DNA of 51,615 nt from an uncultured Candidatus Saccharibacteria bacterium (GTDB lineage: Bacteria; Patescibacteriota; SOKK01). The position numbers and the translations under genes were made by a program. Location: positions 1-51,615 of the forward strand of contig CAZFJP010000001.1 of the NCBI GenBank assembly GCA_964518965.1. Reading direction: 5' to 3'. Within the stretch, counting starts at the first letter, position 1. Every line of letters starts with the position of its first letter. Positions 41,657 to 50,562 of the stretch are shown here, piece after piece. Under the pieces are notes generated by a model. The model ran no database searches. It was not told the origin of the DNA and saw only the letters and a program-made list of their open reading frames with translations.

Positions 41657-42058
41657 TTATTTCAAGACATTTCTAATATCAGCACCTATCTCGGTGCTAG
41701 AATCTAAAACCATAATTCCTTCTGCTTCAGCGGCTAAGCCTAGTTCTTTTTCGGAACAAATCATTCCTTCCGACTCAATGCCTCTTATTTTTACTTTGTC
41801 TATTTTTAAATTATTTGGCAGGGTAGCGCCAGCGATAGCAACGGGTACTTTTTGACCTACTTGAATATTATTAGCACCGCAGACAATTTTTAAGATTTTA
41901 TCATTGCCAATAGTAACTTCGGTTAATTGTAATCGATCAGCATTGGGATGAGGTTCAATCTTTAAAATTTCTCCGACAAAAACATTGTTAATTTCTTGGC
42001 TTAACTTTGATTCTGGTAAAGGAATTTTAGAGAATAATTTTTTGAACCAACTAAACAT
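41657..42058 (-). CDS. Stand-alone tRNA-binding OB-fold (YtpR/PheT-B2-like)
   Basis: HPNADRL, IVCGA.N, IRGIESEGMICSEKELG. Confidence 0.85.
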   Translation of the reverse strand: MFSWFKKLFSKIPLPESKLSQEINNVFVGEILKIEPHPNADRLQLTEVTIGNDKILKIVCGANNIQVGQKVPVAIAGATLPNNLKIDKVKIRGIESEGMICSEKELGLAAEAEGIMVLDSSTEIGADIRNVLK

Positions 42059-42059
42059 T

Positions 42060-42431
42060 TTATTTTTTCGTCAGGAAGTAAAACTCTACAAGGATCATAA
42101 TTGCGACAAATAAACTAGCGTCCCACCAAGTAAGCAGCTTCAGGAGTTGTAAAGCGAGAATACCAATTATGATTAGGGAAAGTAGGAATCCTTCTCGGAA
42201 GGAGACATTAATGTTAGCATAATAAAGCTCATTGTGACTTAAAGCAGTACGAATGAAAAATCCTGCCAGAGTAAATGTTCCTGCTAGGGCGAAGAATAAA
42301 CTGATAAAAAATGAGCTTAAAGCGAGGGTACGGTTAGTATTGGGATTAAGATAAAAAATTGTTAGCACAAAAGCCACCCAGCAAATGACACTACTTGCTC
42401 CGATTCCGATTAAATAACTTTGCAGTTTCAT
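42060..42431 (-). CDS. Hypothetical four-TM membrane protein
   Basis: Four hydrophobic helices; TGCTATAAT -10 box upstream. Confidence 0.75.
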   Translation of the reverse strand: MKLQSYLIGIGASSVICWVAFVLTIFYLNPNTNRTLALSSFFISLFFALAGTFTLAGFFIRTALSHNELYYANINVSFREGFLLSLIIIGILALQLLKLLTWWDASLFVAIMILVEFYFLTKK

Positions 42432-42475
42432 AAAAATAGTTTATTGCAGAGATATTATAGCATAAGAAAAGGATA

Positions 42476-42496
42476 CCTGCCTGCCGACAAGGCAGG
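42476..42496. repeat. CYTG-footed mini-palindrome
   Basis: CCTG-CCTGCC-GACAA-GGCAGG. Confidence 0.7.
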
Positions 42497-42537
42497 GAGG
42501 TAACAGGGTAGAGGGCAGAGTTGGGGAGAAAGATATT

Positions 42538-42563
42538 GAAAACCCGCCTTGGTTAGAGGCGGG
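42538..42563 (-). terminator. Islet terminator overlapping the stop codon
   Basis: Minus strand CCCGCCT-CTAACCA-AGGCGGG-TTTT. Confidence 0.7.
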
Positions 42564-42834
42564 GATAGGAACTGGGAGCTCTTGGAGGGAGAGGTATTGC
42601 AGGGTGGTTGTGGGGATCGATGATTTTAATCGCCGGTTTATTTAGAACGTAAAGAAATTGCACTCCTTTGCGTTTGCAGTAACGCCGTGCGTGATTTTCG
42701 GCCCTTTTTTGGGCCTGGTAGGCGGTAGTATTAATGTTGCAGGTGAGTTGGGCAGTTTTTTGCCGTAGCCCATCGGGACCCATGAAGACGAATTGAAACT
42801 TGATCGTCACTTTATTACTGCGGCTTTCTTTCAC
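42553..42834 (-). CDS. Hypothetical basic protein (ORFan islet)
   Basis: TTGCAA-17-TAAATT promoter (42917-42889), AAGGAGG SD, GTG start, GC higher than flanks. Confidence 0.65.
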   Translation of the reverse strand: MKESRSNKVTIKFQFVFMGPDGLRQKTAQLTCNINTTAYQAQKRAENHARRYCKRKGVQFLYVLNKPAIKIIDPHNHPAIPLPPRAPSSYPRL

Positions 42835-42982
42835 TGCGTATCCCTCCTTGGTAATTTAATTTACGTTCGGTAAATGATGGGACAACTCAATTTAGCACAG
42901 GTACTGTTTTCTTGCAACTCTATCTACCAAAATTGGCATTTTTATGCTATAACTAAACCGAAATAACTTTTTAATCAACATT

Positions 42983-44026
42983 ATGCCTAGCTCCAAATCA
43001 CTTAGAATTGATATTTCTACTAATACTTTTCTGAAGGCACTTTTGATTGTAGGGTTGGTAGTGTTTGCTTATTTAGTGCGGGAAGTATTGCTAGCACTCG
43101 CGGTAGCGATAGTCATTGCCGCGGCAGTAGATCCTTTGGCGGATTTCTTTGAAAAGAAGAAGATTCCCCGCGTGTTGAGTATTTTACTGGTCTATATCTT
43201 GATTATTTTGGTGATTGGGTTGATCTTGTTCCTGATCGTTCCGCCTCTTGCTAATGAAATCAAACAACTTGCTAACAATGCTCCTTCTTATGTTGATTTT
43301 GTCAGCAAACGTTTTGTGCAGGTGCAGGATTTTGTGGAGCGGCATAATCTTGTTGATAATTTCAAAACGGTTTTAGACCGAGCAAGTAATACTTTGGGGC
43401 AAGTAACGAGTAATGCTTTGGGTTCGGTAGTATCATTCTTTGGAGGATTAGCTTCGGTACTTCTCGTTTTCTTCCTTTCTTTTTATTTAGTGATTGAAGA
43501 GAGACGAATAAAGAGTTTTGGCGCTTTGATTATTGTGTCAAACCGCCGCAAGCAAGTTGCACGACTAGTTGATGCCAGTCAGAGAAAAGTTGGTGCTTGG
43601 TTACGTGGTCAATTAGTACTAAGCGCAACTATTTTTCTGGTAACTTGGCTTGCGCTCTCCCTTTTGGGAGTTAAATATGCCTTACTTTTGGCTTTAGTTG
43701 CAGGAGTTTTAGAGATTATTCCAATGGTTGGTCCGATTCTTGCCGCAATTCCCGCAATCTTAGTTAGTTTTTCTCAGATCTGGTGGCTTGGTCTAATTGT
43801 CTTAGCGTTGTATGTTGTCATCCAACAGTTAGAAAATCACATCCTCGTTCCCAAGATTATGCAGAAGGCAACAGGAGTTAATCCGGTGTTAGTAATTCTC
43901 GGAATCTTAGCGGGAGCAAAACTCGGTGGTGTTTTAGGAATGTTTCTTGCAATTCCGATTATTGCAGGGTTATCAGTTTGGGTTTGGGAGTGGATTAATC
44001 TTCGAAACGCAAAACGAAAAACGTAA
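42983..44026 (+). CDS. AI-2E family transporter
   Basis: WLRGQL, LEIIP.VGP, QQLENH.LVPKIM, LAIP. Confidence 0.92.
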   Translation: MPSSKSLRIDISTNTFLKALLIVGLVVFAYLVREVLLALAVAIVIAAAVDPLADFFEKKKIPRVLSILLVYILIILVIGLILFLIVPPLANEIKQLANNAPSYVDFVSKRFVQVQDFVERHNLVDNFKTVLDRASNTLGQVTSNALGSVVSFFGGLASVLLVFFLSFYLVIEERRIKSFGALIIVSNRRKQVARLVDASQRKVGAWLRGQLVLSATIFLVTWLALSLLGVKYALLLALVAGVLEIIPMVGPILAAIPAILVSFSQIWWLGLIVLALYVVIQQLENHILVPKIMQKATGVNPVLVILGILAGAKLGGVLGMFLAIPIIAGLSVWVWEWINLRNAKRKT

Positions 44027-44071
44027 AATGAAAAATTATTCATTAGTCGTTAATAATTAATCATTAATTCT

Positions 44072-44218
44072 ATGCCGACATTTCCATTTACTGCAGAAAA
44101 AAGTGGTTCAGCAAAACACATTCTCGCTAGTTGTGGGAAGAGATTTCAAGCGTGGCAAGGAAAGTATTATGATCGCTGTCCAGTTTGTGGTCGACGTGAT
44201 GGTCAGGTTTCTCTTTAA
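44072..44218 (+). CDS. Putative 48-aa zinc-ribbon microprotein (not in ORF track)
   Basis: MPTFPFTAEKSGSAKHILASCGKRFQAWQGKYYDRCPVCGRRDGQVSL; fills the gap before recG. Confidence 0.6.
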   Translation: MPTFPFTAEKSGSAKHILASCGKRFQAWQGKYYDRCPVCGRRDGQVSL

Positions 44219-44258
44219 GAGAGAAAAAAGTTGCGATAGTGAAGTTGCTAATTAAATT

Positions 44259-46322
44259 ATGGTAAGTATTCTAGCGCAATCAGTTGCAAAGATTTATGGT
44301 GTAGGTCCTCAATATGTCAAACGCCTCAAGCGCTTGGGGATAGAGACAATTGAGGACCTGCTTTGTTATTACCCGAAAAGATATGAGGATTTGACTAAAG
44401 TGAAGAAAGTTTCTGAATTGAAAGAAGATGGTACAGTTCAAACAGTAAAAGTGCGATTGCATGATTTGAGAAATGTACGTACAAGAAAAGGAATGATTAT
44501 TACCAAAGGTTCTTTTGAAGATGATTCTGGTGTTGGACAAGTAGTTTGGTTCAATCAGCCGTTCTTACAAAATGCTTTTCAAAGTGATCGGGAATATTTA
44601 TTAACTGGAAAAGTAAGGGAAGGTTATATTGGACCATTATTGCAAAGTCCGGAATATGAATTGGTAAAAGAAGAGCAATTGCATGCTGGTAGGATCGTGC
44701 CGGTTTATCGAGAAACGGAAGGATTAAGTTCCAAATGGTTACGCTATAAAATGAGTATTATTCTTCCTGCAGCGGAAAAGATGATTGAAGTATTGCCAGA
44801 GAGTATTCTTCGGTCTCAGAAATTGGTAGGAATTAGAGAGGCATTGAAACAAATTCATTTTCCTAGTTCAATGGATAACTTAAGAAAAGCGCGGGAGCGA
44901 ATTGCTTTTGAGGAGATGTTTCTCGTTCAGCTAGTAGCACTGGGAAGCAAGCGAGAGTGGGAAAAGTACGATGCGCCGAAGATTTTCTTCAATAAAACAT
45001 TGGCGCAAGATTTTGTTCGTTCTTTACCCTTTCAATTAACAAAAACCCAAAAGATAGCAGCGTGGGAAATTCTGAAGGATCTTGAAAGGACTACCCCAAT
45101 GAATCGTTTGTTGGAAGGAGATGTCGGCAGTGGCAAAACTGTAGTAGCGGCACTAGCGAGTTTAATGACTGTTAGGAATCATTACCAAGTAGTTCTAATG
45201 GCACCCACCGAAATTCTTGCACAGCAGCATTATCGTACAATTATGAGGTTTTTAAAGCTATTCAAGGTAAAAATAGGACTGTTAACTAGTAAGGAAATAT
45301 TAGATAGTGATGGTAAAAAAATTGCCAAGAAAAAATTAATTGCGAAAATAACTGATAATAAAATTGATTTTTTAATTGGTACTCATGCGTTGATTGAAAA
45401 AAATGTGCAGTTTAATAATTTAGGTTTGGTAATTATTGATGAACAACACCGCTTTGGTGTGGAACAGCGATTGTTATTGCACACCAAAGGCAAAGCACCG
45501 CATTTTTTATCAATGACTGCTACTCCTATTCCACGAACATTAGCTTTATCAATGTTTGGCGATTTGGATATCTCTATTATTAGCGAACTACCAAAGGGCA
45601 GAAAAAAGGTTTTGACAAAAGTAGTTTCTAATGAAAAGCGGCAAGCAGCTTATAAATTTATTCATGACAAAGTAAAAGAAGGCCGACAAGTTTTTGTAAT
45701 TTGTCCGTTGATTGAGGAATCGGATAAGTTGGGTGTCAAAGCGGCAACAAAGGAATACGAGAAGTTATCTCAAAAAGTGTTTACCGATCTTACGGTAGGA
45801 CTACTTCATGGTAGGTTAAAGAAAGACGAGAAGAGCCGGGTAATGGAGTTATTCCGAAAAGGAAAATTAGATATTCTTGTTTCCACGTCGGTTGTGGAAG
45901 TGGGCGTTGATATTCCCAATGCGACCATCATGATGATTGAAGGTGCGGAAAGATTTGGACTGGCGCAACTGCACCAATTCCGCGGACGCGTCGGACGCAG
46001 TATTTATCAATCATATTGTTTTCTTTTTCCGACGGAAATTGAATCAGGCTCGTTAACTAGGTTACGTGCATTAGAAACAATTGATGATGGATTTAAATTA
46101 GCGGAAATTGATTTGGAAAATCGCGGTCCGGGAGAAGTTTATGGCAAAAGCCAAAGTGGCTATTTTTATGAATTTCAAATTGCGAATCCGACGGATATTG
46201 TTTTAACCCAAAGAGCGCGAAAAGAAGCAGAGCGGATTTTGGGTGAAGATCCAGAGTTAAGTAAGTATCCAGAGTTAAAGAAGAAAGTGAAGAGTGTTAA
46301 GTTATTAATGCATCGAGAATAA
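44259..46322 (+). CDS. recG: ATP-dependent DNA helicase RecG
   Basis: GDVGSGKT, DEQHRFG, TATPIPR, QFRGRVGR, RGPGE. Confidence 0.97.
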   Translation: MVSILAQSVAKIYGVGPQYVKRLKRLGIETIEDLLCYYPKRYEDLTKVKKVSELKEDGTVQTVKVRLHDLRNVRTRKGMIITKGSFEDDSGVGQVVWFNQPFLQNAFQSDREYLLTGKVREGYIGPLLQSPEYELVKEEQLHAGRIVPVYRETEGLSSKWLRYKMSIILPAAEKMIEVLPESILRSQKLVGIREALKQIHFPSSMDNLRKARERIAFEEMFLVQLVALGSKREWEKYDAPKIFFNKTLAQDFVRSLPFQLTKTQKIAAWEILKDLERTTPMNRLLEGDVGSGKTVVAALASLMTVRNHYQVVLMAPTEILAQQHYRTIMRFLKLFKVKIGLLTSKEILDSDGKKIAKKKLIAKITDNKIDFLIGTHALIEKNVQFNNLGLVIIDEQHRFGVEQRLLLHTKGKAPHFLSMTATPIPRTLALSMFGDLDISIISELPKGRKKVLTKVVSNEKRQAAYKFIHDKVKEGRQVFVICPLIEESDKLGVKAATKEYEKLSQKVFTDLTVGLLHGRLKKDEKSRVMELFRKGKLDILVSTSVVEVGVDIPNATIMMIEGAERFGLAQLHQFRGRVGRSIYQSYCFLFPTEIESGSLTRLRALETIDDGFKLAEIDLENRGPGEVYGKSQSGYFYEFQIANPTDIVLTQRARKEAERILGEDPELSKYPELKKKVKSVKLLMHRE

Positions 46323-46344
46323 CTATTAACTTCTTTTAAAGGAG

Positions 46345-46374
46345 AAAAAGCAACCTGTAGAAGGTTGCTTTTTT
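46345..46374. terminator. Bidirectional terminator
   Basis: AAAAAGCAACCT-GTAGA-AGGTTGCTTTTTT. Confidence 0.88.
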
Positions 46375-46455
46375 AACTTTTATTAAACTAAAAGATAGTT
46401 CTCTTCTGCTGTTTTTCTAATTTTACTTTTCACGTTCTAAATTCTAACTTATTTT

Positions 46456-46542
46456 TGGTGCCGGGGAGAGGAGTTGAACCCCCAAAGCCTTGCGGCCACG
46501 TGGTCCTAAACCACGCGCGTCTACCAATTCCGCCACCCCGGC
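46456..46542 (-). tRNA. tRNA-Leu(TAG)
   Basis: GCCGGGGTGGCGGAATTGGTAGACGCG, CGTGG-TTTAGGA-CCACG, long variable arm, 3' CCCCGGCACCA; 87 nt. Confidence 0.95.
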
Positions 46543-46591
46543 TTATAAAACAAAACAAAGATTCAGTTTTAAATAAATGATACTAAGTTGG

Positions 46592-46664
46592 CACTCGCGT
46601 CCTGTACCATTATGGCACAGGGTCTACTTGCCCGTCTCTGGCGGGCCAATTCCGCCATCCCGGC
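46592..46664 (-). pseudogene. tRNA-Leu 5' fragment with two palindromic insertions
   Basis: Matches tRNA nt ~1-31 with 2 substitutions once inserts 46601-46623 and 46627-46645 are removed. Confidence 0.8.
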
Positions 46665-46715
46665 TAAATAAATTAGAAATTAGAATGTAGAAAGTAGAAA
46701 CTATTCAAGAATAGA

Positions 46716-46778
46716 TCTGCTGATTCCGCTTGTCCGACAAAGTCCCGCATAAGTGGGACGTAGTCAGGCCACCCCGGC
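46716..46778 (-). pseudogene. tRNA-Leu 5' fragment with 40-nt palindromic insertion
   Basis: GCCGGGGTGG[insert 46768-46729]CGGAATCAGCAGA versus GCCGGGGTGGCGGAATTGGTAGA. Confidence 0.75.
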
Positions 46779-46814
46779 TTAAGCAAGTTATAAGTAATAA
46801 GTAAGAAGTAATAA

Positions 46815-47780
46815 TTATCTAATAAAACAAGCAGTTGCATAATAAGTTCCGCTGCTGGATTTAGCCACTCCCACTCCTACTTTAGTATAATTCCCTAGCA
46901 TATTAGCACGATGACCGGAACTGGCGATCCAGCCATTAACAATGCTTGAAACAATGTTTCCGCCGTTGCGCAGGGCAATATTTTCAGCAGCAGCGGAGTA
47001 GGCAATGCCACTTAAGCGGGGAGAGGGAAAACCGCGGTGATCAAAGAATCCTTGAGTCGCCATGTTACTTGAGTGAGTGCGAGCGCGGCTACTCAAGGTG
47101 CTGTAACTAGCTAGCGCTGATTTTCCTTGTGAAGTACGATAACTGTTAATTAGTCCAATAATCTGACCTTCAATGCTGTAATAATTTGTGGTTGTGGTTG
47201 TGCTTTTATTACTAGTCGTGCTAGTCGTAGTCGTTGTGGTACTAGCGACACTGTCTGTTCTTTCACTGATACTTTGTTTTGCCAACTGAATCGCCTTACG
47301 GAAGTGACCGCGATAGTATTCCTGCTTTGCTTGCTTTAACAAGTTTTTCGCTGTGGTGTTTAAAGCCTGTGCCTCGGCTTTTTTGAGATACTTTCGTGCG
47401 GTTGCAGCATCTCTTGTGAGTTGTTTTTGATATAGATCATATGTCTCAAGGCGAGCGGTGTTAGCTTTATTTTTAGCTTCGCGGAAGCGTTTATCAGCTA
47501 GAGCAATTTTAGCTTCCTTAAGGATTTTTTCTTGTTTGACAAGTTTAATCCCGTAATTTTTTGCTTGGTCAAATTGTTTCTTGCACATCGCAATCGCATT
47601 TTCGGCATTTTGCTTAAGGGTTTCCTCATGGCGCTTAAGAGATTTCTGGCAAGCCAAAACTCCAGTCCCGACCAGAAAGATTCCGATTAATCCTAAAATA
47701 ATTGCGATAATGGTCTCTTTTTTTCTGCCAAAGGCGGATCTGCCTCTGGCGGAGATTTTATTGGAAGCTTTTTTCTTCAT
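46815..47780 (-). CDS. Membrane-anchored CAP (SCP) domain protein
   Basis: TM, helical region, Thr linker; INSYR, HS.NM...FFDH, ENIA, W..S.GHRANML, VGVG. Confidence 0.88.
   Translation of the reverse strand: MKKKASNKISARGRSAFGRKKETIIAIILGLIGIFLVGTGVLACQKSLKRHEETLKQNAENAIAMCKKQFDQAKNYGIKLVKQEKILKEAKIALADKRFREAKNKANTARLETYDLYQKQLTRDAATARKYLKKAEAQALNTTAKNLLKQAKQEYYRGHFRKAIQLAKQSISERTDSVASTTTTTTSTTSNKSTTTTTNYYSIEGQIIGLINSYRTSQGKSALASYSTLSSRARTHSSNMATQGFFDHRGFPSPRLSGIAYSAAAENIALRNGGNIVSSIVNGWIASSGHRANMLGNYTKVGVGVAKSSSGTYYATACFIR
47724..47753. mobile_element. 30-bp double mini-palindrome inserted in frame (encodes SARGRSAFGR)
   Basis: Two 15-mers TCTGCC-AAA-GGCGGA and TCTGCC-TCT-GGCGGA, exactly codons 10-19 of the CAP gene. 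Confidence 0.75.
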
Positions 47781-47879
47781 ATTGATAGATTAAAACATCC
47801 TTATTATATCACAAACCACCTTTTGCATTTTAGAAAGATAAAGGGTAAGATAGTGATGCATTTAATTAATGGAAAAATT

Positions 47880-48191
47880 ATGGAATTTACTGACCAGAAT
47901 TTTGACCAAGAAGTACTTAAGGCGAAAGGAGTAATTGTTGTTGATTTCTGGGCTGAATGGTGCGGGCCTTGCCAGATGTTGAAGCCGGTTATTGAAGAAC
48001 TAGCGAAGGAATATGAAGGCAAGGCAAAGGTTGGCAAATTAAATGTGGATCAGAATCCTGATACTGCGGCAAAATATGGGGTAATGAGCATTCCGACGAT
48101 TAAAATTTTCAAAGATGGGGAGATTGTGGAGGATTTGATGGGAATGCAACCGAAAGAATTGATTAAAGAGAAAATTAATCAGTATCTTTAA
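47880..48191 (+). CDS. trxA: Thioredoxin
   Basis: WAEWCGPC, SIPT; promoter TTGCAT-17-TAAGAT at 47823-47851 places the start at 47880. Confidence 0.95.
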   Translation: MEFTDQNFDQEVLKAKGVIVVDFWAEWCGPCQMLKPVIEELAKEYEGKAKVGKLNVDQNPDTAAKYGVMSIPTIKIFKDGEIVEDLMGMQPKELIKEKINQYL

Positions 48192-48199
48192 AATAGATA

Positions 48200-49126
48200 A
48201 TGGATAAGAAAAGTGAAAAATTAGATTTAGCAATTATTGGTGCGGGACCGGCAGGTTTGTCTGCTTCTATTTATGCTTCACGCTACCAGATTAAGCATAT
48301 TGTTGTTAGTGGCGGAGAACCTAGCCAGTTAAGCGAGGCTCATTTGATTGAAAATTATCCTGGCTTTATCTCAATTTCCGGCCGAGAACTAATTGCGAAG
48401 TTCAAAGAACAGGCAGAAAAGTTTGGTGGGAATTTTATTTTAGGAGAGGTAAGAGCGATCCGGAAAACTGCTGATGGTTTTCAGGTTTTTGTTGGTGGTG
48501 ATACTTATGAGGTAAAAGCAATTATTCTCGCTGTAGGGATGAAACGCCGTCAATTGCAAATTAAAGGTGAGAAAGAATTGCTTGGCAAGGGAGTCAGTTA
48601 TTGTGCGGTTTGTGATGCGGCATTTTTCAAAGATAAAACAGTGGCGGTAATCGGCGGCAGTAACTCTGCAGCAATGGCGGCAGTACATCTTGCTGAGTTT
48701 GCTCAGAAGATTTATCAGATTTATCGGAAAAATAAATTACGTTCCGAACCAACTTGGACTGATCGGGTTTTAAAAAATCCCAAGATTGAGTTAATTTATA
48801 ATACTAATATTATCGAAATCAAAGGAACAAGGAGAGTAGAAGGAGTAGTTTTAGATAAACCTTTCAAGGGTGAGAAAGAATTAAAACTGGATGGCGTCTT
48901 TATTGAAATTGGTTTTGTACCCCAAGTTGCGCTTGCGAAAGACCTGGAGCTAGAACTGGATGAGTTAGGATACATTAGAGTAGGTCCTGATCAAGCAACG
49001 AACGTCGCTGGTGTTTATGCGGCAGGAGATGTAACTACTAATTCCAATCGCCTGTCTCAAGTGATTACGGCAAGTTCTGAGGGAGCAGTGGCGGCAACCA
49101 GTGTCTTCAGTTATCTTAATAAGTGA
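48200..49126 (+). CDS. trxB: Thioredoxin reductase
   Basis: IIGAGPAG, GVSYCAVCD, VIGGSNSA, GVYAAGD. Confidence 0.93.
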   Translation: MDKKSEKLDLAIIGAGPAGLSASIYASRYQIKHIVVSGGEPSQLSEAHLIENYPGFISISGRELIAKFKEQAEKFGGNFILGEVRAIRKTADGFQVFVGGDTYEVKAIILAVGMKRRQLQIKGEKELLGKGVSYCAVCDAAFFKDKTVAVIGGSNSAAMAAVHLAEFAQKIYQIYRKNKLRSEPTWTDRVLKNPKIELIYNTNIIEIKGTRRVEGVVLDKPFKGEKELKLDGVFIEIGFVPQVALAKDLELELDELGYIRVGPDQATNVAGVYAAGDVTTNSNRLSQVITASSEGAVAATSVFSYLNK

Positions 49127-49133
49127 GATTCGT

Positions 49134-50387
49134 ATGGTAAAAGGTAACCCATTTCAAAATGCAATCAAGCAGCTGGAGAAGGCAACCGAGTATTTTAAAT
49201 TAGATAAGAAAGTAATGGAAGCTTTAAAGCAACCCCAACGCGTTTTAGAAGCTGAGATACCGGTGGAGATGGATAAGGGGAGGACCAGAGAATTTTCCGC
49301 TTATCGCATTCAGTATAATGATGCGCTTGGTCCGACCAAGGGCGGAATTCGTTTTCATCCTGAAGTATCTTTGGATGAAGTAAAAGCATTAAGTTTCTGG
49401 ATGACTTTGAAATGTGCGGTTTTAGGGTTACCTTTCGGAGGTGCTAAAGGTGGGGTGGTTTGTAATCCCAAAGAATTGAGCAAAAGAGAATTGGAAAGGA
49501 TTTCTCGCGGCTATGTGAAAGCATTTTTCAAATGTCTCGGCTCCGATGTTGATATTCCTGCCCCGGATGTTTATACTGATGCCCAAGTCATGGCATGGAT
49601 GAGTGATGAATATAATAAGCTGGCAGGGAGAATAGTCCCTGGCGCTTTTACTGGCAAGCCGATTGTCTTAGGTGGATCAGAAGGAAGAGATGAAGCTACT
49701 GCCCAAGGCGGAGTATATGTTTTGGTGGAGATAGTAGAAAAGCTAGGATTGAATAATGAAGAATTAACAGTGGCAATTCAGGGCTATGGTAATGCTGGTG
49801 CTAATGTTGCGAAAATCTTGCATAGCTTGGGTTATAAAATTGTTGCGGTTTCTGACTCCAAGGGTGCGGCACATGCTCAAGTGGGCATTGACCCTTTTGA
49901 AATTGAAAAGCATAAAATGAAAACCGACTCGGTAGTCGGCTTTCCTGGCACCAGTAAGCTTTCTAATAATCAATTGCTAGAACTTAAAGTAGACGTGTTG
50001 ATCCCGGCGGCATTGGAAAATCAAATTACCAAAGATAATGCTGATAAAATAAAGGCAAGGATAATTTTAGAGCTGGCAAATGGTCCGACTACTTTTGAAG
50101 CGGATCAAATTTTGGCAAAGCGAAAAGTTGTGGTGATTCCTGATGTGCTCGCCAATGCCGGCGGTGTAACCGTAAGTTATTTTGAATGGGTGCAGAATCG
50201 AACCGGATATTATTGGGATAAGGAAGAAGTGAAAAATAAGTTAGAGCGGATGATGGTCAAAGCTACTAATGAGGTTTGGGATTATCAGGAAAGATATTTA
50301 GTTGATTTGCGCACTGCTGCTTATCTTGTTGGTATCAAACGACTTTCAGAGGCGTTGCGTTACAAAGGGGTTTATGATGAAGGTTAA
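49134..50387 (+). CDS. gdhA: Glu/Leu/Phe/Val dehydrogenase (glutamate dehydrogenase)
   Basis: GPTKGGIRFHP, GGAKGG, DIPAPD, QGYGNAG, ANAGGVTVSYFEW. Confidence 0.93.
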   Translation: MVKGNPFQNAIKQLEKATEYFKLDKKVMEALKQPQRVLEAEIPVEMDKGRTREFSAYRIQYNDALGPTKGGIRFHPEVSLDEVKALSFWMTLKCAVLGLPFGGAKGGVVCNPKELSKRELERISRGYVKAFFKCLGSDVDIPAPDVYTDAQVMAWMSDEYNKLAGRIVPGAFTGKPIVLGGSEGRDEATAQGGVYVLVEIVEKLGLNNEELTVAIQGYGNAGANVAKILHSLGYKIVAVSDSKGAAHAQVGIDPFEIEKHKMKTDSVVGFPGTSKLSNNQLLELKVDVLIPAALENQITKDNADKIKARIILELANGPTTFEADQILAKRKVVVIPDVLANAGGVTVSYFEWVQNRTGYYWDKEEVKNKLERMMVKATNEVWDYQERYLVDLRTAAYLVGIKRLSEALRYKGVYDEG

Positions 50388-50562
50388 AGTGGATCAAAAT
50401 TTATGTATCGGTTGCGGGGCTTGCGTCTCTACTTGCCCGGATGTTTTTGAATTAAAAGAGGACGGAAAGTCGTATGTGAAGAATGAGAAAGCGTGTGAGA
50501 AATGTGATTGTAAACTTGCCAAAGAGAGTTGTCCAGTGCAGGCGATTTCAATTGAAGAGTAG
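50374..50562 (+). CDS. Mono-cluster ferredoxin
   Basis: CIGCGACVSTCP ... CPVQAI. Confidence 0.9.
   Translation: MMKVKVDQNLCIGCGACVSTCPDVFELKEDGKSYVKNEKACEKCDCKLAKESCPVQAISIEE

Noticed and set aside
47185-47250. Short tandem repeats in the CAP gene
   Set aside because: They encode an ordinary Thr/Ser linker.
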